Source: Chiloscyllium plagiosum (lineage: Eukaryota). Taken from it: DNA of 64,000 bases. The stretch's first letter is position 1. Each line of letters opens with the position of its first letter. The notes beneath the pieces are model-generated. The model saw only the letters and a program-made list of their open reading frames with translations. It was not told the origin of the DNA and searched no databases. Below, piece by piece: positions 1-12,968 of the stretch. Position numbers and translations under genes: made by a program. The stretch spans positions 71,154,831-71,218,830 of the forward strand of contig NC_057719.1 in NCBI RefSeq assembly GCF_004010195.1, given 5' to 3'.

Positions 1-211
1 GACTGCATGCTTATTCAGTGCTCTGAGGATGACAGACCTCCCATAACCTTGCCCTGCATAGAAGACATATTACAGCAATGAACTGTTGGTCTATCAGCAC
101 TTTGACATGTGTGCTTGACACTAAGTTTTTGAATGTTTCAGGCCTTGCCCTAGATGCCTGTCATTGTTTGCTATTCCATTGATTCAAAGGCTGCTTTCCT
201 CGTAGAATCAG

Positions 212-227
212 CTCTCTCTCTCTCTCT
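212..227. repeat. (CT)n microsatellite
   Basis: ctctctctctctctct run. Confidence 0.9.
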
Positions 228-709
228 AGGTACATATATATTTAAATTTGTGTTTGCTACACTTATATCATACTTCCTATAAGAATTGTTGCTTAAGGTT
301 TCAGTCTGTAATTTGTTTCTTTTTGATTTATGTCACTTTCTACAAGGTGTTTCATTAAGTGACAACAGCGCAGGATTTCACTAGAACAATTTTCCTAAAA
401 GTGGATTTTAAGGAAAATAGATTGTAGACAGCATATTTTAAGACAGAAAAATTATGTATATTTTTGAAGCTGTCATGAAGTTTTTGAAACTGAACAAACT
501 AATTGTATTTGCAAAAACATTTTGTACACTCTGTGACAGGATACAGGGTTGTTATCCAGACACAATACGACAGAAAATGTACAGATTATTTGCATTTTAA
601 GAATGTTTACAAATACTTGCACTACATTGATAAAAAGTCTTTGATATTTTGATGCCAAAATTGATACTAAAATCAAGACTACATATTTCCTTGGGATATT
701 TCTGGATTT

Positions 710-898
710 TAAAAATGTGTTGCTGGAAAAGCGCAGCAGGTCAGGCAGCATCAAAGGAACAGGAGAATCGACGTTTCGGGCATAAGCCCTTCTTCACATC
801 GATTCTCCTGTTCCTTGGATGCCGACTGACCTGCTGCGCTTTTCCAGCAACACACTTTTAAGCTCTGATCTCCAGCATCTGCAGTCCTCACTTTCTCC
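710..898. mobile_element. Penelope-derived palindromic mini-element (inverted terminal arms, hammerhead core on - strand)
   Basis: Arm ~711-771 is the reverse complement of ~799-860. Positions 770-797 read gTGAAGA-A-GGGC-TTAT-GCCC-GAAAC-GTC on - strand. Flanked by atatttctggattt (696-709) and atatttctgcattt (899-912). Same family as 61621-61823. Confidence 0.85.
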
Positions 899-997
899 AT
901 ATTTCTGCATTTGTCCTGGAAAATGAATTGATCAGAGTGGACTGAATTCCCATCAGTTCCAGGTTATCCCTCCTCCACCTACCCTTAGAATACACTG

Positions 998-1230
998 TCA
1001 GGAAGCACTTTTTCACACAAAGGAACTCTCTTCTCCCAAAAGCTGTTGAGGCCAAATTGATTGAAAACTTAAAAACCACCATTCCATCATGTTGTTTAGA
1101 CAAGGATATTAAGGTTTATTGAGTGAAGCTCAGTAAAGTGGAATGAAGATACGTAACAGTCATGAGCTCTTTTCGTAGAGGAACAGGCTCGAGGGCCTGA
1201 ATAACTTATTCGTCTTCTTATGTTTCTTTA
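998..1230 (+). mobile_element. Old CR1-clade LINE 3' end
   Basis: Degenerate WNSLPQKAVE-type ORF2 end (ggaactctcttctcccaaaagctgttgagg) and 3' UTR ggaacaggctcgagggcctgaat...ttcttatgtttctta. Confidence 0.6.
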
Positions 1231-4200
1231 GATGGCCACTGAGTTGACGAGGAGACTTCAGGGCCAATGATTGTCTACTCTTGGAGTTCTCACTTTGCTG
1301 CCTCAGTGGGACCCAGTTTATTACTAGCTGTCAGCCTACTGACAAAGATAAGTTAGGTCAGCCTCCAGACAGGAACAAGTGTTACCTGGCAGTAGGGCCC
1401 ATGTGAAGAGAGGGTTGGAGACCCTAGTGATGGTGAGGAATTTCCCTACTGCAAGTAGACAGCCTGGATTCAGAGATGTGCCTCTCAGTTCTATGCAGAT
1501 TAAATGCTTGCCAACAGGGTCAGTACTAAGGTCACAAAGAGGTATTATTCCAGTATAACCATTATGAAATAGCATCAAGAAATGACTTCAACTTTGTCAA
1601 CTTTGAATAGATCGTAACTACTTTCAGGTTTGTTCGATCAAAATGTTTGTAAACATTCTGAATAGTAAATGCTTCTTTGTCCATCTTCAAATAGAAATTA
1701 CAACTTCCAGTTAAAAAAACTGTATCATAAGTTTCAATCCTTAACATACTTAAAGTTGAAATCTAAATGAAAGATTATTTTAAAGGAACAATTCAAAATA
1801 AAACAAAGTATACTTGAGGTGCATTTGTCTAGGTATGTGCTGCAACTGGTCAGTGCCAAATAATTTTCAGTTGTAGATGATAGTAGTACACGTAATTAAA
1901 TATATACTTTTTTCAGTGTCCTACAGACCAGCCCAAAGTATTTGCAGACAAGGCATACAAAACATTATTTAAATATATTGTCAAAATATAACTCCTTTGT
2001 ATTTTGTCTGAAATTTATGAAAATGCAATGTTTAGAAAGGGAAAAATGCATATGGCTTCCTCTTGGTAAAAATTGATCTGTCATCCATTTCGTTTCTAAA
2101 TCATATGGTGAAAAGTATGTGTTTCTTAACATATTTCTGTCATATACAATTTGTGCAATATAAATAATTTTAAGTTAAACTTTTAACCACTTTTTCTACT
2201 AAAGAGTTCATTATTTTTTTATTTGTAATCCAGTTTCCCCGCAGACCAACATAATTTTTACCACACAAACTCAAGCACAGCTTTCAGACTAGTCAAACCC
2301 AAGAGACAAGCAGGAGGAAAAAGCGACTTCAACCTCTCTTTCCTTTGCATTACCCTTCTCGGCTCAGGCTCCATCGACCTGTCAGAGACATCATTGTGAT
2401 TGACTGCCCTGGCAGATGTGCTGCTATAACAGGTAACCTGATCATCTAGACCCATCTGTCTCTCAGTTCTCTTCAATTCACACATTGAAAAATATTAGAA
2501 ATTGGGAGGGGTTGGATTCTTTGTTGTGCAAAAATGGAGGGGCTCTACCATCATACAAAAGATTAACCTCAGGGTGGGAGGATAGTGAGCATAAATGGCA
2601 TTTTCATGAAACACAATATATCTAAAATTAGTGCAATCATTTTAATAGCAAAATCTAAAATCTGTATACATTAACAGAATTTGTAACTTATCAAAGTATT
2701 ACTGAGAGTGAATAATATTTAAATATTTAATTAATTCTCGATAGCCCTCCCTTACAAAGAAAAATATGAGAAATTAGAGTTCAGTGATGAGATGAAACAT
2801 TTTGACTGCTTAAACTCATGGTTAGTAAGGCAGATGGAGTGTTCAGTCATGTGGAGTCAGAATGGTTGTCTTGTTCAGCAGGAACATTTTTTTTGGTTGT
2901 CCTCCCCAGTTCCCACAGTTTGGCAAATGTTGTGACATAAGCAAGTCGGATTGCTGATTTCACTACACAAGGATTGGCCTGAACAAGAACAGGCAGAGGT
3001 AACCCAAGCATCATGCTGAAATGTTAACTAATTTACTAGTATCTGTCTTTCTGATAATTACTTTCCACCAAAATATTTTGCTCTGCTTGTATATGAAACA
3101 TTTCCTTTCACAAATCAACACTCCTAGAATGTAGACTTATTCTATCCATCAACAACTACTAGCCAAAGAGGATATAATCTCAAAGATGTCAGTGCATCGC
3201 ACTCCTCCATTCTAAGTGTCAGTGAAGAACACTGCAGATATGTTTCCAATGTATTTTGGCAGACCACTGACTCACAGTTACTGGGCTAAAACAACATGCT
3301 GTGGACAGACATGAAACGTGAAGAATCTGGTAAAACAAATGTCAGCAAGCACCCAAAATGGCAAATAACTAACTGTGTGTACATTTCAAAGTGGTCAGTT
3401 ATTCCAGTCAGCAACAGTCAATCTGTCAAGATTTTTTTAAAGAAACTGCAGTTCAAAAATAAGAATATTTGTAGAGTGTCAAAGAATGTATTGCTGTTTG
3501 TTAAATATAGACAACAGATTGGAACATTGGGGCTAAAAAAGATTTGACACATGTTGTTATAACTTTTTAAATTCAAGCAAATTATCTTTTTTATCATGGA
3601 AGAAATTATAAAACAATGTATACAATTTATGCTTTTATTATTATACCTCATGCATCAAATATGTACTGTAAAGTTAATATTTTCAAATTACAATTTTATA
3701 ATGCAAGGTTTCTTACCTTTATTTTTAACCAGACCATGGCAGTTGGCAAATTATTTTGAACAGATTTGTAACTGATATGTAAATACGCCTTAATTTTTCT
3801 TTTCCAAAACTTCTTTCAATGACCTTATTCTAATGGTTTTACTGTTGTTGCAGTATAGAGGACAGGATCAGTGATTGTCAAGTGTGTTAATGTGATTCTT
3901 GTAGCTGAGGGAAGAGCTAGTGTGGGTAATTTGCACTTAAGCAGATGACAGCTGTTGAGGAAAATTTGAGAAAGATAGCTAGTGAAAAGCACCTTGCACC
4001 TTCACTGATTATAGTTCATCTGATAGCATCAAGGAAGCAATGTCCAGTAGGTGCTGTAATACAGACTTTAAAATACCTTGATGGACGTATATTGGACTGA
4101 AAGAGACTAGAATCCAAATGAAAAGCTGCACGTGGCAGAATGACTTGGTGGGCCTATGTGATAGAGCAAAACAAATTCCCCTTATTTTATCATTCTTAGG

Positions 4201-6412
4201 TTCAATTTGATGAACTTCTGCTATATTGCCACGACATTAACAAGTGCCCCATCTAGTGGCTTTAACAACAATAACAGTTACAAGAACCAAATTGTATTAG
4301 AATTCATCAACACTTTTCTCCTAATTATATACATCCAGTTTTGGCAACTAAAAATTTTTTCTCCATTCCATTTAATTAATTTAGCTTTGTCGCAAAAATG
4401 CCTTTTTTTTTCTTTTTCTATCCCTTTTTTATTCCTTTAACATGATATTTTGATCCTAAACCAACCTCACGTTATCCATTTAGGAAGCATGCACTATGAT
4501 ACATGACTAATCCAACTAATTTTTTTCTCCTTTTTTAACATGCCTAATTTGTATTTTGGATAATGAATATGCACAGCTAGTAATTTTTTCCCCTGTGAGC
4601 TGTTTTTTAATCTCATAATATTTTCCGACATTTTGCAATTGTAACAAAAAGGCTGATGTGAATAATGAGCTAAACAAGATCAGTGAACATCAGTAAATGA
4701 CTTGTCTTCTGCTGATACCATCACTCTATTTCAACTTCTGTACCTTATTTGAGTTTGAATTATATGGAGTTGCTGACCCCACATCCTGTCCATCACAAAG
4801 ATAATCTATTCCATCTCTGTTATATCATTTCGCTCCACCCCACCTGTCTTTGAATCCCATAGGCCTTTGTCACCTGCAGAGTCAATTGCTTCAGCACTCT
4901 CCTGACAAGCCCCTATTCTTTATCCCCCATCAGGTCATCTAAATGTCTGCTCGCTGTATCTAATCATGGACAAAATCCTGCTTGCTGTTTGCCCATCACT
5001 CATCACTTTCCAACACTCCAACATTTCCTTTTATTTAATGCTTCTTTCATTTTGAGCCCTCCCTGGCTTGATTAACCCTCTTTCAGTGCTACGACCCTAT
5101 TCACTTGTCTATCCCAGAACTGTCTGTTTCTCCGACTCTCGTCTTTTGTACATTGCTCCTTTTGTTTCGTTCCAATCATAACGCCTCTTGCTATTCAGGG
5201 CCCATGTTTTATAATTCCTTAAATTGTATTCGGAATACCAGTACTGTCAGCAAGTTGTGCATTCTGATTATGTACTCCTGGTGACTTGTGACTGGAATAG
5301 TTCATTGCCACCAACGCTCCATTCTATTGGTTTAAAGTAAGCAATAAACAGGAAGGCATTTCCTGGTAGGACACTGTAACAAAAAATCAAAAGGTCAGCA
5401 GGAGCTTACAACAGAACATCTTCCTTTATACATTGAGTCTAAGGATCGATCTATTGGCAGGGGTAGAAGACAGACCACTGTAGAGTATAACAAGAAGAGC
5501 CATTTGTCTCACATAACGAGGTCTAATTTATTGAATGTTAGTGATAGGTACAATTCGCATTAACTGGTTAGGCAGAATGACAACTGTCATGAGCCAGATC
5601 TGTTATGTCAGTCTCCATTAGGGCCTTATGCAGGGATAATGACTTCTCCATTTAAAGCCAGTGTGACAGCATCAGAATGGGTGGAGCTCACTACAGCTCA
5701 ACATTAACTCTGTCCCCAATTTCTTCATCAACATCTCCCCCAAGTTATTTTCCTCTTAGTTAACATCATGCACTTGAGTACATTCACAGAATCATAGAAT
5801 CCCGATAGTGCGGAAACACATGATACATTCAAGTACATATAATAACTTTTACATTTAACACTACCCGTCTCCGTCAAAGTCTCAGAACTAGGTAATCTGG
5901 AGGTTGTGAACTTTTTCTAGAATGTATATCCTTCTGAATTCAAAGGTTGGTAGTGATTCTGATTGCTTGGAGATCATTTCTCAGAGGCCAGAGGATATTT
6001 TATCCATCGGGTGTCTTTTGTGGAGGACCGTGTTGAATGTAACAGTTGATCCATGAACTTAATACAGAGGACTTTTGACTTTGAGTTTCCTTCAGTTTGG
6101 TAACTAAGGTGGAAATTCCATCCCTTCATTTGGGGAGCTTTTAATCTCATGAATGCCCATCATGGATGGTGACAGTTCTGTTGAAACAAGTACTTTCTTC
6201 CTTGCTGTATCTTGGATTCCTAGATCAGGGAATTATTTTTGATTTGAGCAGGTATTGTCTTTTTTGTATTATTCTGTATCTTCAGACTAGGACGTTACTT
6301 GTTTCTGTACATCTCCTAAATACATGAACATTGTTCTGACTTCCTTGGAGTTATATGTAGCTCCAGTCCATGGTGTTCAAGCAAATCGTTCCTCTTGATC
6401 TGCAGATATATC

Positions 6413-6573
6413 AGCAGATAATGTATCAGATCTTTACATCAACTTGTTGATTAGGGTGCCTTCCGGGTGAGCAGGTCAGGCAGCATCCAGGGAACAGGAG
6501 ATTCGACGTTTCGGGAGCAGATAATGTATCAGATCTTTACATCAACTTGTTGATTAGGGTGCCTTCCGGGTGA
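6413..6573. repeat. Perfect 58-bp direct duplication flanking a 45-bp Penelope terminal fragment
   Basis: 6413-6470 is identical to 6516-6573. The insert 6471-6515 (gcaggtcaggcagcatccagggaacaggagattcgacgtttcggg) matches the arm of the elements at 710-898 and 61621-61823. Confidence 0.92.
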
Positions 6574-6748
6574 CTAGACATTTTCAAATCCTCAGACATG
6601 TTACTGAAGGATTTCTCATCACTTGTCACTATTTTTGTCTTTGCTATTGTCTTTTAAAGCAGAAGAGTCCAACAAATTAAAGCGTTCTTCACTGAGGAAT
6701 AGAAACATTTCTCCCCATTCTGTTAAACTGTGATTTCCTTCCTGTTAA

Positions 6749-7014
6749 AGTCATAGAGTCATAGAGATATACAGCACGGAAACAGACCCTTTGGTCCAAC
6801 CCGTCCATGCCGACCATATATCCCAACCCAATCTAGTTCCACCTGCCAGCACCCGGTCCATATCCCTCCAAACCCTCCCTATTCATATACCCATTCAAAT
6901 GCCTCTTAAATGTTACAATTGTACCAGCGTCCACCATTTCCTCTGGCAGCTCATTCCATACACGTACCACCCTCTGCCTGAAAAAGTTGCCATGTAGGTC
7001 TCTTTTATATCTTT
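6749..7014 (-). mobile_element. CR1-clade LINE, 5'-truncated 3' end
   Basis: gtcatagagtcatagag tail (reverse complement of (GACTCTAT)n); near-identical to the 3' ends of the copies at 12969 and 21627. Confidence 0.9.
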
Positions 7015-7169
7015 ATTAAAGAATTCTCGACACCGTAATCTCAATGGATTCCCATGGAATGAGGAAGTCCAATAAATTTTCCATTAGGTACAGCTTTACA
7101 GATAAGTCATCAACTGCTTTCCCCGAAACAGTGTTGTCTCAAAACTAATTGAACTCTTTCGGCTGCCAT

Positions 7170-8490
7170 GATGATATTAAGGTCAAGACAAAGGTAACGG
7201 TGCAGGCTCAAAAGAGAGGAGTACAAAAAAGAGGAGTCAGGTGGTTGATGAAGGAACAGTGCTCTGAAAGCTAGTGCTTCCAATTAAACCTGTTGGACTA
7301 TAACCCGTTGTTGTGTGATTTTTGACTTTGTACACCCCAGTCCAACACTGGCATCTCCAAATCAAAAGAGAGGAGTGTTGATTGTGAACCACATACACAT
7401 ATTGTATTCTCATGCAAAGTTTGAGTTGCAATTTTACTTGCAGCAAGCTTTTGATCTTCGTAGTCATTTCACCTGTGCCACATAGTTTAACTTTTGTGGG
7501 CTGTAACCTCACTTTGTTCAGCTGTGGCATCTGATCCAACAGGATAGTGACATTTCTTCCATATCAATCTAAAAATGAACAAAATGCCCCTTGCCATTTG
7601 TGAAACCACAGTCAGTCAAATCACTAATTGTGTTCAAAACAATAACTTATTCTAGAAATGCTTTTGGCATCTTTTCTAATGGAGATATGTTGACTAATGC
7701 TCTAACAGAGGTGGACCAACCACATTAACATTCTTGTAAGAGTCAGCATTGTTTTTTTTCTTTTTCTGAAGCTGTGTCCAAATACAACTGCACAGCTTCT
7801 GGAAGTGATCTACAATGTTATAGAAATAGGAATGTTTGATCATAACTAAGCCTGTGAAGCTTTCTTGTCCTATGGTGCTGAAACAGACCTTTCTTATATG
7901 CTGTGTGGTTTACTTCTGCCTTAGCTAGTTATGTGCCTCTTTAGAGTGTCTGTACCTCTATGAATAAGTTATGCTGATTTCCTGAGTAGGGTGTTCCTCT
8001 GAAGATCTGTTTCAGAGTCTTTTTTGCTTCTGCTTCCAGCACAATTTACGTAGCATTCTGCACTGTCAAGTCTTCCTTTGACTATAATAAATCTGACAAA
8101 GACTCCTCAATTGTTTCAACAACAATTCTGTCTCTTATGAATTCTGATTTCAAATCTCTATAGTATTAGTTTTCCACTTTTTGAATGGTCGATCATTCAT
8201 TTGAAGTTGAACTCTTCTTTTTAATCTTCCTCATCCCATAATTTATTTTGTTCTCAAAATAACTATCAAAGGCTTTTCAAACTCTCTCAAAAGTATCACT
8301 GCTTTCTTTTACATTTTGGTGATTCAAAGTGCCATTTGCCAAAGCAGCTGGTGAATACAATGATGTATTCATTTGTTCAGCATCAAAATTAGTTTTTAAT
8401 TTTGAAGTAGCTCTGTACCTTAAGAATGGTCTTTTCCAAGATTTCCAGTTCTGTTTAGCTGATTTTTTTTGCATTAAACCCACTAAGGAG
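7170..8490 (-). mobile_element. Ty3/Gypsy LTR retrotransposon relic (gag and aspartic protease region)
   Basis: - strand peptides NWKSWKRPFLRYRATSKL...QMNTSLYS (gag N-terminus), SEFIRDRIVVETIEESLSDLL*SKEDLTVQNA (gag), GHFVHF*ID (decayed protease motif region) and LQPTKVKLCG...YVYVVHNQHSSLL. Stops and frameshifts throughout. May extend to ~5900. Confidence 0.7.
7223..7361 (+). mobile_element. Penelope-like element 3' terminal fragment with hammerhead core
   Basis: tTGATGA-A-GGAAC-AGT-GCTCT-GAAA-GCTA at 7245-7273, followed by gtgcttccaattaaacctgttggactataacc...; 15-bp TSD tcaaaagagaggagt (7208-7222, 7362-7376). Confidence 0.8.
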
Positions 8491-8531
8491 TATTATTTCT
8501 CCTTTCATTTCTTCTTTATCTGTTTATGTAT

Positions 8532-8808
8532 GTTGTGAAACTTGAAAGGGTTCAGAAAAGATTTACAAGGATGTTGCCAGGGTTGGAGGATNNNNNNNNN
8601 NNNNNNNNNNNNNNCAGAGGATGTGGTGGAGGCTGGTACAATTGCAACATTTAAGAGGCATTTGAATGGGTATATGAATAGGAAGGGTTTGGAGGGATAT
8701 GGACCGGGAGCTGGCAGGTGGGACTATATTAGGTTGGGATATCAAGTCGGCATGGACGGGTTGGATCGAAGGGTCTGTTTCCATGCTGTACATCTCTATG
8801 ACTCTATG
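8532..8808 (+). mobile_element. CR1-clade LINE 3' end (spans small N gap)
   Basis: KLERVQKRFTRMLPG...EDVVEAGTIATFKRHL ORF2 C-terminus; ctctatgactctatg tail. Confidence 0.9.
8592..8614. other. Assembly gap
   Basis: N run. Confidence 1.
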
Positions 8809-9032
8809 TATGCTTGTACTGGAAAGCTATTTCACATCTGTAGCATCACAATTTTCTTTAATCTGATGCCTTTAAGCTTTTCTTCTAATACTAAATCAAT
8901 GGTGTTGTAAAATTCTGATGCCTTAAAGCTTTTTAAAACTTCTAAACTTCTGTTAACTGGAAAGACTATATGAAATTCTTCCAGTGAAGCTTTTAAAGTT
9001 AATTAATGGGCAAAATTGTATGGCATTGTTTC

Positions 9033-9376
9033 GGGGCGGCATAGTAACTCAATGGTTAGCATTGCTGCCTCACAGCGCCAGGGACCTGGGTTTGATTCCA
9101 GCTTTGGTGACCATCTGAATGGAGTTTGCACATCCTCCCCGTGTCTGTGTTAGTTTCCTCCGGGTGCTCCGGTTTCCTCCCACAGTCCAAATATGTGCAG
9201 GCTAAGTGGATTGGCCATGCTAAATTGCCCATAGTATCAAGGGATGTGCAGACTAGATGGATTAGCCATGGGAAATGCAGAGTAGAGGGGGTGAGTCTAG
9301 GTGGGATGCTCTTCAGAGGGGTCAGTGCAGACTCACGAGGCCAAATGGCCTGCTTCCAATGTAGGGATTCTATGAT
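9033..9376 (+). mobile_element. tRNA-derived SINE (V-SINE/HE1-type), full length
   Basis: Pol III A/B-box-like head (ggcatagtaactcaatggttagc...gggtttgattcca), central ggagtttgcacatcctccccgtg...ccgggtgctccggtttcctcccacagtccaaa, LINE-like tail gggattctatga. Confidence 0.9.
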
Positions 9377-9689
9377 TTCAACTTTCAAATTCAGCTAAAT
9401 ACCAATACTGCATTTTTATGCTGCTTTTTTGGGTTTTTCATGCCTTTTTAAAAATAGGAATGGTGGTTCCTTCTGGTGGTGATTTTGTGGGTAGGGTGTG
9501 AGAGCAGGGTGGTGGGGGAGGGGCGAAGTTTTCCAACCTTTTACAGTGCGAATGCAGCTTTTCCTGCTTCTTGCCAGGTAGGGTTTCCTGCCTTTCATGT
9601 TCTCAACCACAAAGTACTTTCCCTTGTATTGCTTTTAAAGTAAAGTCTTTGTCTGCAGCTTTAATCAATCTCCTTGCCAAAATCACAAT

Positions 9690-10090
9690 TTAAATCCTGA
9701 ATGTCCTGATCTTTTAAAAGTAATTGTTCAAATATCTTTCTTCTTCTCTAAGACCCTTTCTTCAAATCTTACAAATCTTGCCCCTTCGGACCTTAAGCAA
9801 AATCTGTAACCTTTTGAATGTTACAGCCCTGGTATGAATTATTTTCTTCTTGCTCTAACTCGCTGCTTTTCAGTCGTGCCCTTCCTGGATCCCACTTTGT
9901 GTTGACAGTGTTGCTCATTTTGAGAGATGAGAATTCTTTCTCTCGCTTTGTCTCACTTTCCTTCCTTGCCTTGGTTTCGTGTCACTATATAAGTCTTCCC
10001 ACTTTCCATCAGATATCTCAAGCTTTGGAGCCTTCAATTGCTCCTTCTCTAAGGTCCGACTCTCAGTGTGGTTGGATTTCACACTGTATT
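9690..10090 (-). mobile_element. Highly decayed CR1-like fragment
   Basis: Pyrimidine-rich stretch resembling the reverse complement of CR1 ORF2 3' regions; boundaries uncertain. Confidence 0.35.
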
Positions 10091-11339
10091 CCCTGATTCT
10101 CTTGCCTGTTCTGAGATGAAAATTCTCTTCAGGTGTGCTGTTTTCACCCTTTTGCTCCCACCAATAGTCAATTTTCAAATTTCAGCTGCTGACTGGCTGT
10201 ATCTCCTTAAAGCAGCAATGGTTTTAAAGTGAAAAATTCACTTGTTTCAAAAGGTTTTGTCTTCCAGCTCAAATGGAATACAAATCCATGCCACTGGTCA
10301 TCATGTTGCATTGTCAGATCCCAGTCCTGCTGGCAGGTCATGATTTCTGGTTACCAACCATTGGAACTTGGGGCTGGTGTACTTCACAGCCGCCAATCCT
10401 CCTTTCCATTATGACACTAAGGGCTTGTTAATTTATTAGTGGTAGAGGATAGAACCTTACAGACTTTGTCGAAGAAACTTCGTTTTCCTTACATAACAAG
10501 GGTTGAAACTCACCAGATATTGGCTGAGTCAATTTTGAGAGTTTCATGGAAGGTTTTATTCTGTGAGCTCTAGCAACTTATCATAGTGACCAAGGTCTCT
10601 ACTGCTCCCTTTATTGTGTATGTGCCACATCCCTCTTGCATGGTTATCAGCGAGGCAATACGTTCTGCTACCAAGACCTTCTGGGATTCCCGATGCAGAC
10701 GCCATATTTAATACTCAACTGTGCACCAGATTAAATACAGCCAACCAGGAATAAACATTCACAGTGCACATAGCCTGAGGGACATGAGAAACAAAAGATT
10801 CTGAGTGCATATACATGGTGCGAGTGGCACTTGTTTGGAAATAAGAAACTCAGATTTGTAAGTGTATTGCTACTTTACATCATCACCTGTCATTGGAATT
10901 GCAGCTATAAGAATCACACTACACAGGCAGCCTGTATGTAATACCATACCATGTTCGAACCCTATCGAAGGGACTGCTATTCTGTCCCTAACATTCAGCA
11001 TAGTGTGACATTTTGCTGTGGTTCAATACAGGAACATCACATGATGGAAAGGATTCAGTCAGTTGAGAACATTAAATTTTATTAGACAATAGAAAAAGTG
11101 AAAGTAAACAGAAAAGCTGCATTTCTTTCTGGAAACAGACAGAGGCTTCTTGTCTTTTGAACAACAACAATTTTACAGTCAACGAATGATGACTTTATCC
11201 AAATCAGATCTGTTGGAGCAGGGTGTCAGTTAGGTCCTATCTGGTTTGTAGTGTCAGATAGCACACTGTTCAATCATGCTGAAGGTAATGGTCATCCTAC
11301 TCAATGTCCCCATTTCCTCCATGGAAAACTTTTGCCTCT

Positions 11340-11640
11340 CTCCCAGCTTTACTTTGCTTGTTCCATTTGTCCAGAACACAGCATGAAAGGACTATGAGAA
11401 CTCTGTGTGGAATGAAATGCAAGACTCCCCCGGTCCCCACCCCAACCCCCAACGACTGAACCAAGCATCGGAGCCTCGTCCTCAGTAGGCCTATCATCTG
11501 CTCCATCATAGCCCTGGTTGAAGGATTGTCCACATTGCATCTATACTCAGCCTCAGTTAGTGATTGCACCACAGCCAAAGGGATGATGACCCCTGCAGTG
11601 GTTGGATTCATTGGTCATAGTTCTAATGACACCATGTGGG
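11340..11640 (-). mobile_element. PIF/Harbinger transposase relic (HARBI1-like DDE C-terminal half)
   Basis: ORF 11297-11611: TEAEYRCNVDNPSTRAMMEQMIGLLRTRLRCLVQS...GGVLHFIPHRVLIVLSCCVL resembles the Harbinger motif TEAERRYN..H..TR..IE..IGLLK.RFRCLD.SGG.LQY.P.....I..CC.LHN. Confidence 0.8.
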
Positions 11641-12968
11641 GAATATTAGAAGCAGAACAGGTCCTTAGTAATGGGAGCAGTCTGTATTCACATCACACAA
11701 AAATGGCAGTTTGGCAATGTCCTCAATACAGTGGGACATGGAGGACTTGAAAAAGGAGGGCCATCAAATGCTTGTAATGTTGTTATAGTGGACCTTATTC
11801 TGATCAATGCAGTAAAGTCGTGTCATGCAAGTCCTATACGGTTGTAAGTGCAGTAGGATTATTGAAATCTTGTCTACTTCACCCATGCCTTGCATCACCC
11901 CTTGCAGCTTTTCATAGGTACATGGTTTCAGATACTTACAGTTCAACTTGAGGGGAGATCAGTTCCTTCCTGTCATGCAGCCTTTGAGGTTTTGGATTGT
12001 CTTTGTGAATTGTGACCCATGGATGGTCATTCTAAAGTCAGGTAATTACTTTCTGCTTTGCAGAGATGACTCTGCACTCCATGTTGACCCCGTCAGTTTT
12101 GAGCTCTCCATTTCCATTCTTATTGACCTATAATCGGGTCTTCATCTCACATCACCCCTTGAGCATGGGCCCACAGCTTAGCTATGGCAACCATCATGAA
12201 CAGAACCCTGAGGACTGACCATGATCCTCCCTGCCCCTCAGGTTTGACTGTGGGCTGATCCTCTGAGACATGGCCATTTGATTGAAGTCCTTTCAGATTA
12301 CTGTGTGAAATGGGGGTAGCATGGAACCATACAAAAACATGGCTGGCGACCATGGTAACTGCCTGGCTTTGTATTTTTGCTGAAGTCAAAGCAAGACAAA
12401 AGTACAGAGAGGCTTTAAGTTTCCTATCAGGTGACAATGCACAAAAAAAAACAGGCGAGCACCCAAGTATAAAGTGACTGTGTGCTAAGGAAACAAACTA
12501 AGAGTCCTGACATGCAGCCTATTCTGATACATGAGATGCACATCTATCCTTGTCTGCAGAGGGGCAGCACCTAGTGGACTGCAGCACCAAGCTTTGAGCT
12601 GGAATTCCAGGTACCTGCTTAGAATTTCATGTGAGGAATTGTTACCACCTGCTTTATCTATGCTGGGTGGATCACCGCTCACTGGAGCGATTCTCATCTT
12701 GCTGCTAAGACTTTGATTGGAAAAATGGGACTTCTTTGTTGAGCACCTGATTTTACTGATGTTTTCATGTTTCTCATATTTCCCCAAATGACTTGCCATT
12801 GCCCACAAAGTTCAGGATTGATAAGATTCTGCCCAATTTGTAGTAGTTGGATAATAGTAATAGGTACAATTATCATTAACTAGTTAGGCATAATTACTAC
12901 TATTAGGAATGTGATATATCATATTTGTCTCCATCAGAAACTTGAGCAAGACTTTTTTTTGATTCATT

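Noticed and set aside
2245..2432. Exon-like segment (gcag|...cag|gtaacc)
   Set aside because: Stops in all three frames and no recognisable product
6413..6573. CRISPR-like repeat-spacer-repeat
   Set aside because: Only two 58-bp units, eukaryotic context, no cas genes, and the spacer is a Penelope fragment
8862..8933. 20-bp direct repeat tctgatgccttwaagctttt
   Set aside because: Two copies in AT-rich sequence; minor local duplication with no further structure
9033..9110. tRNA gene
   Set aside because: tRNA-like head continues into a SINE body; the same applies at 34090 and 63146
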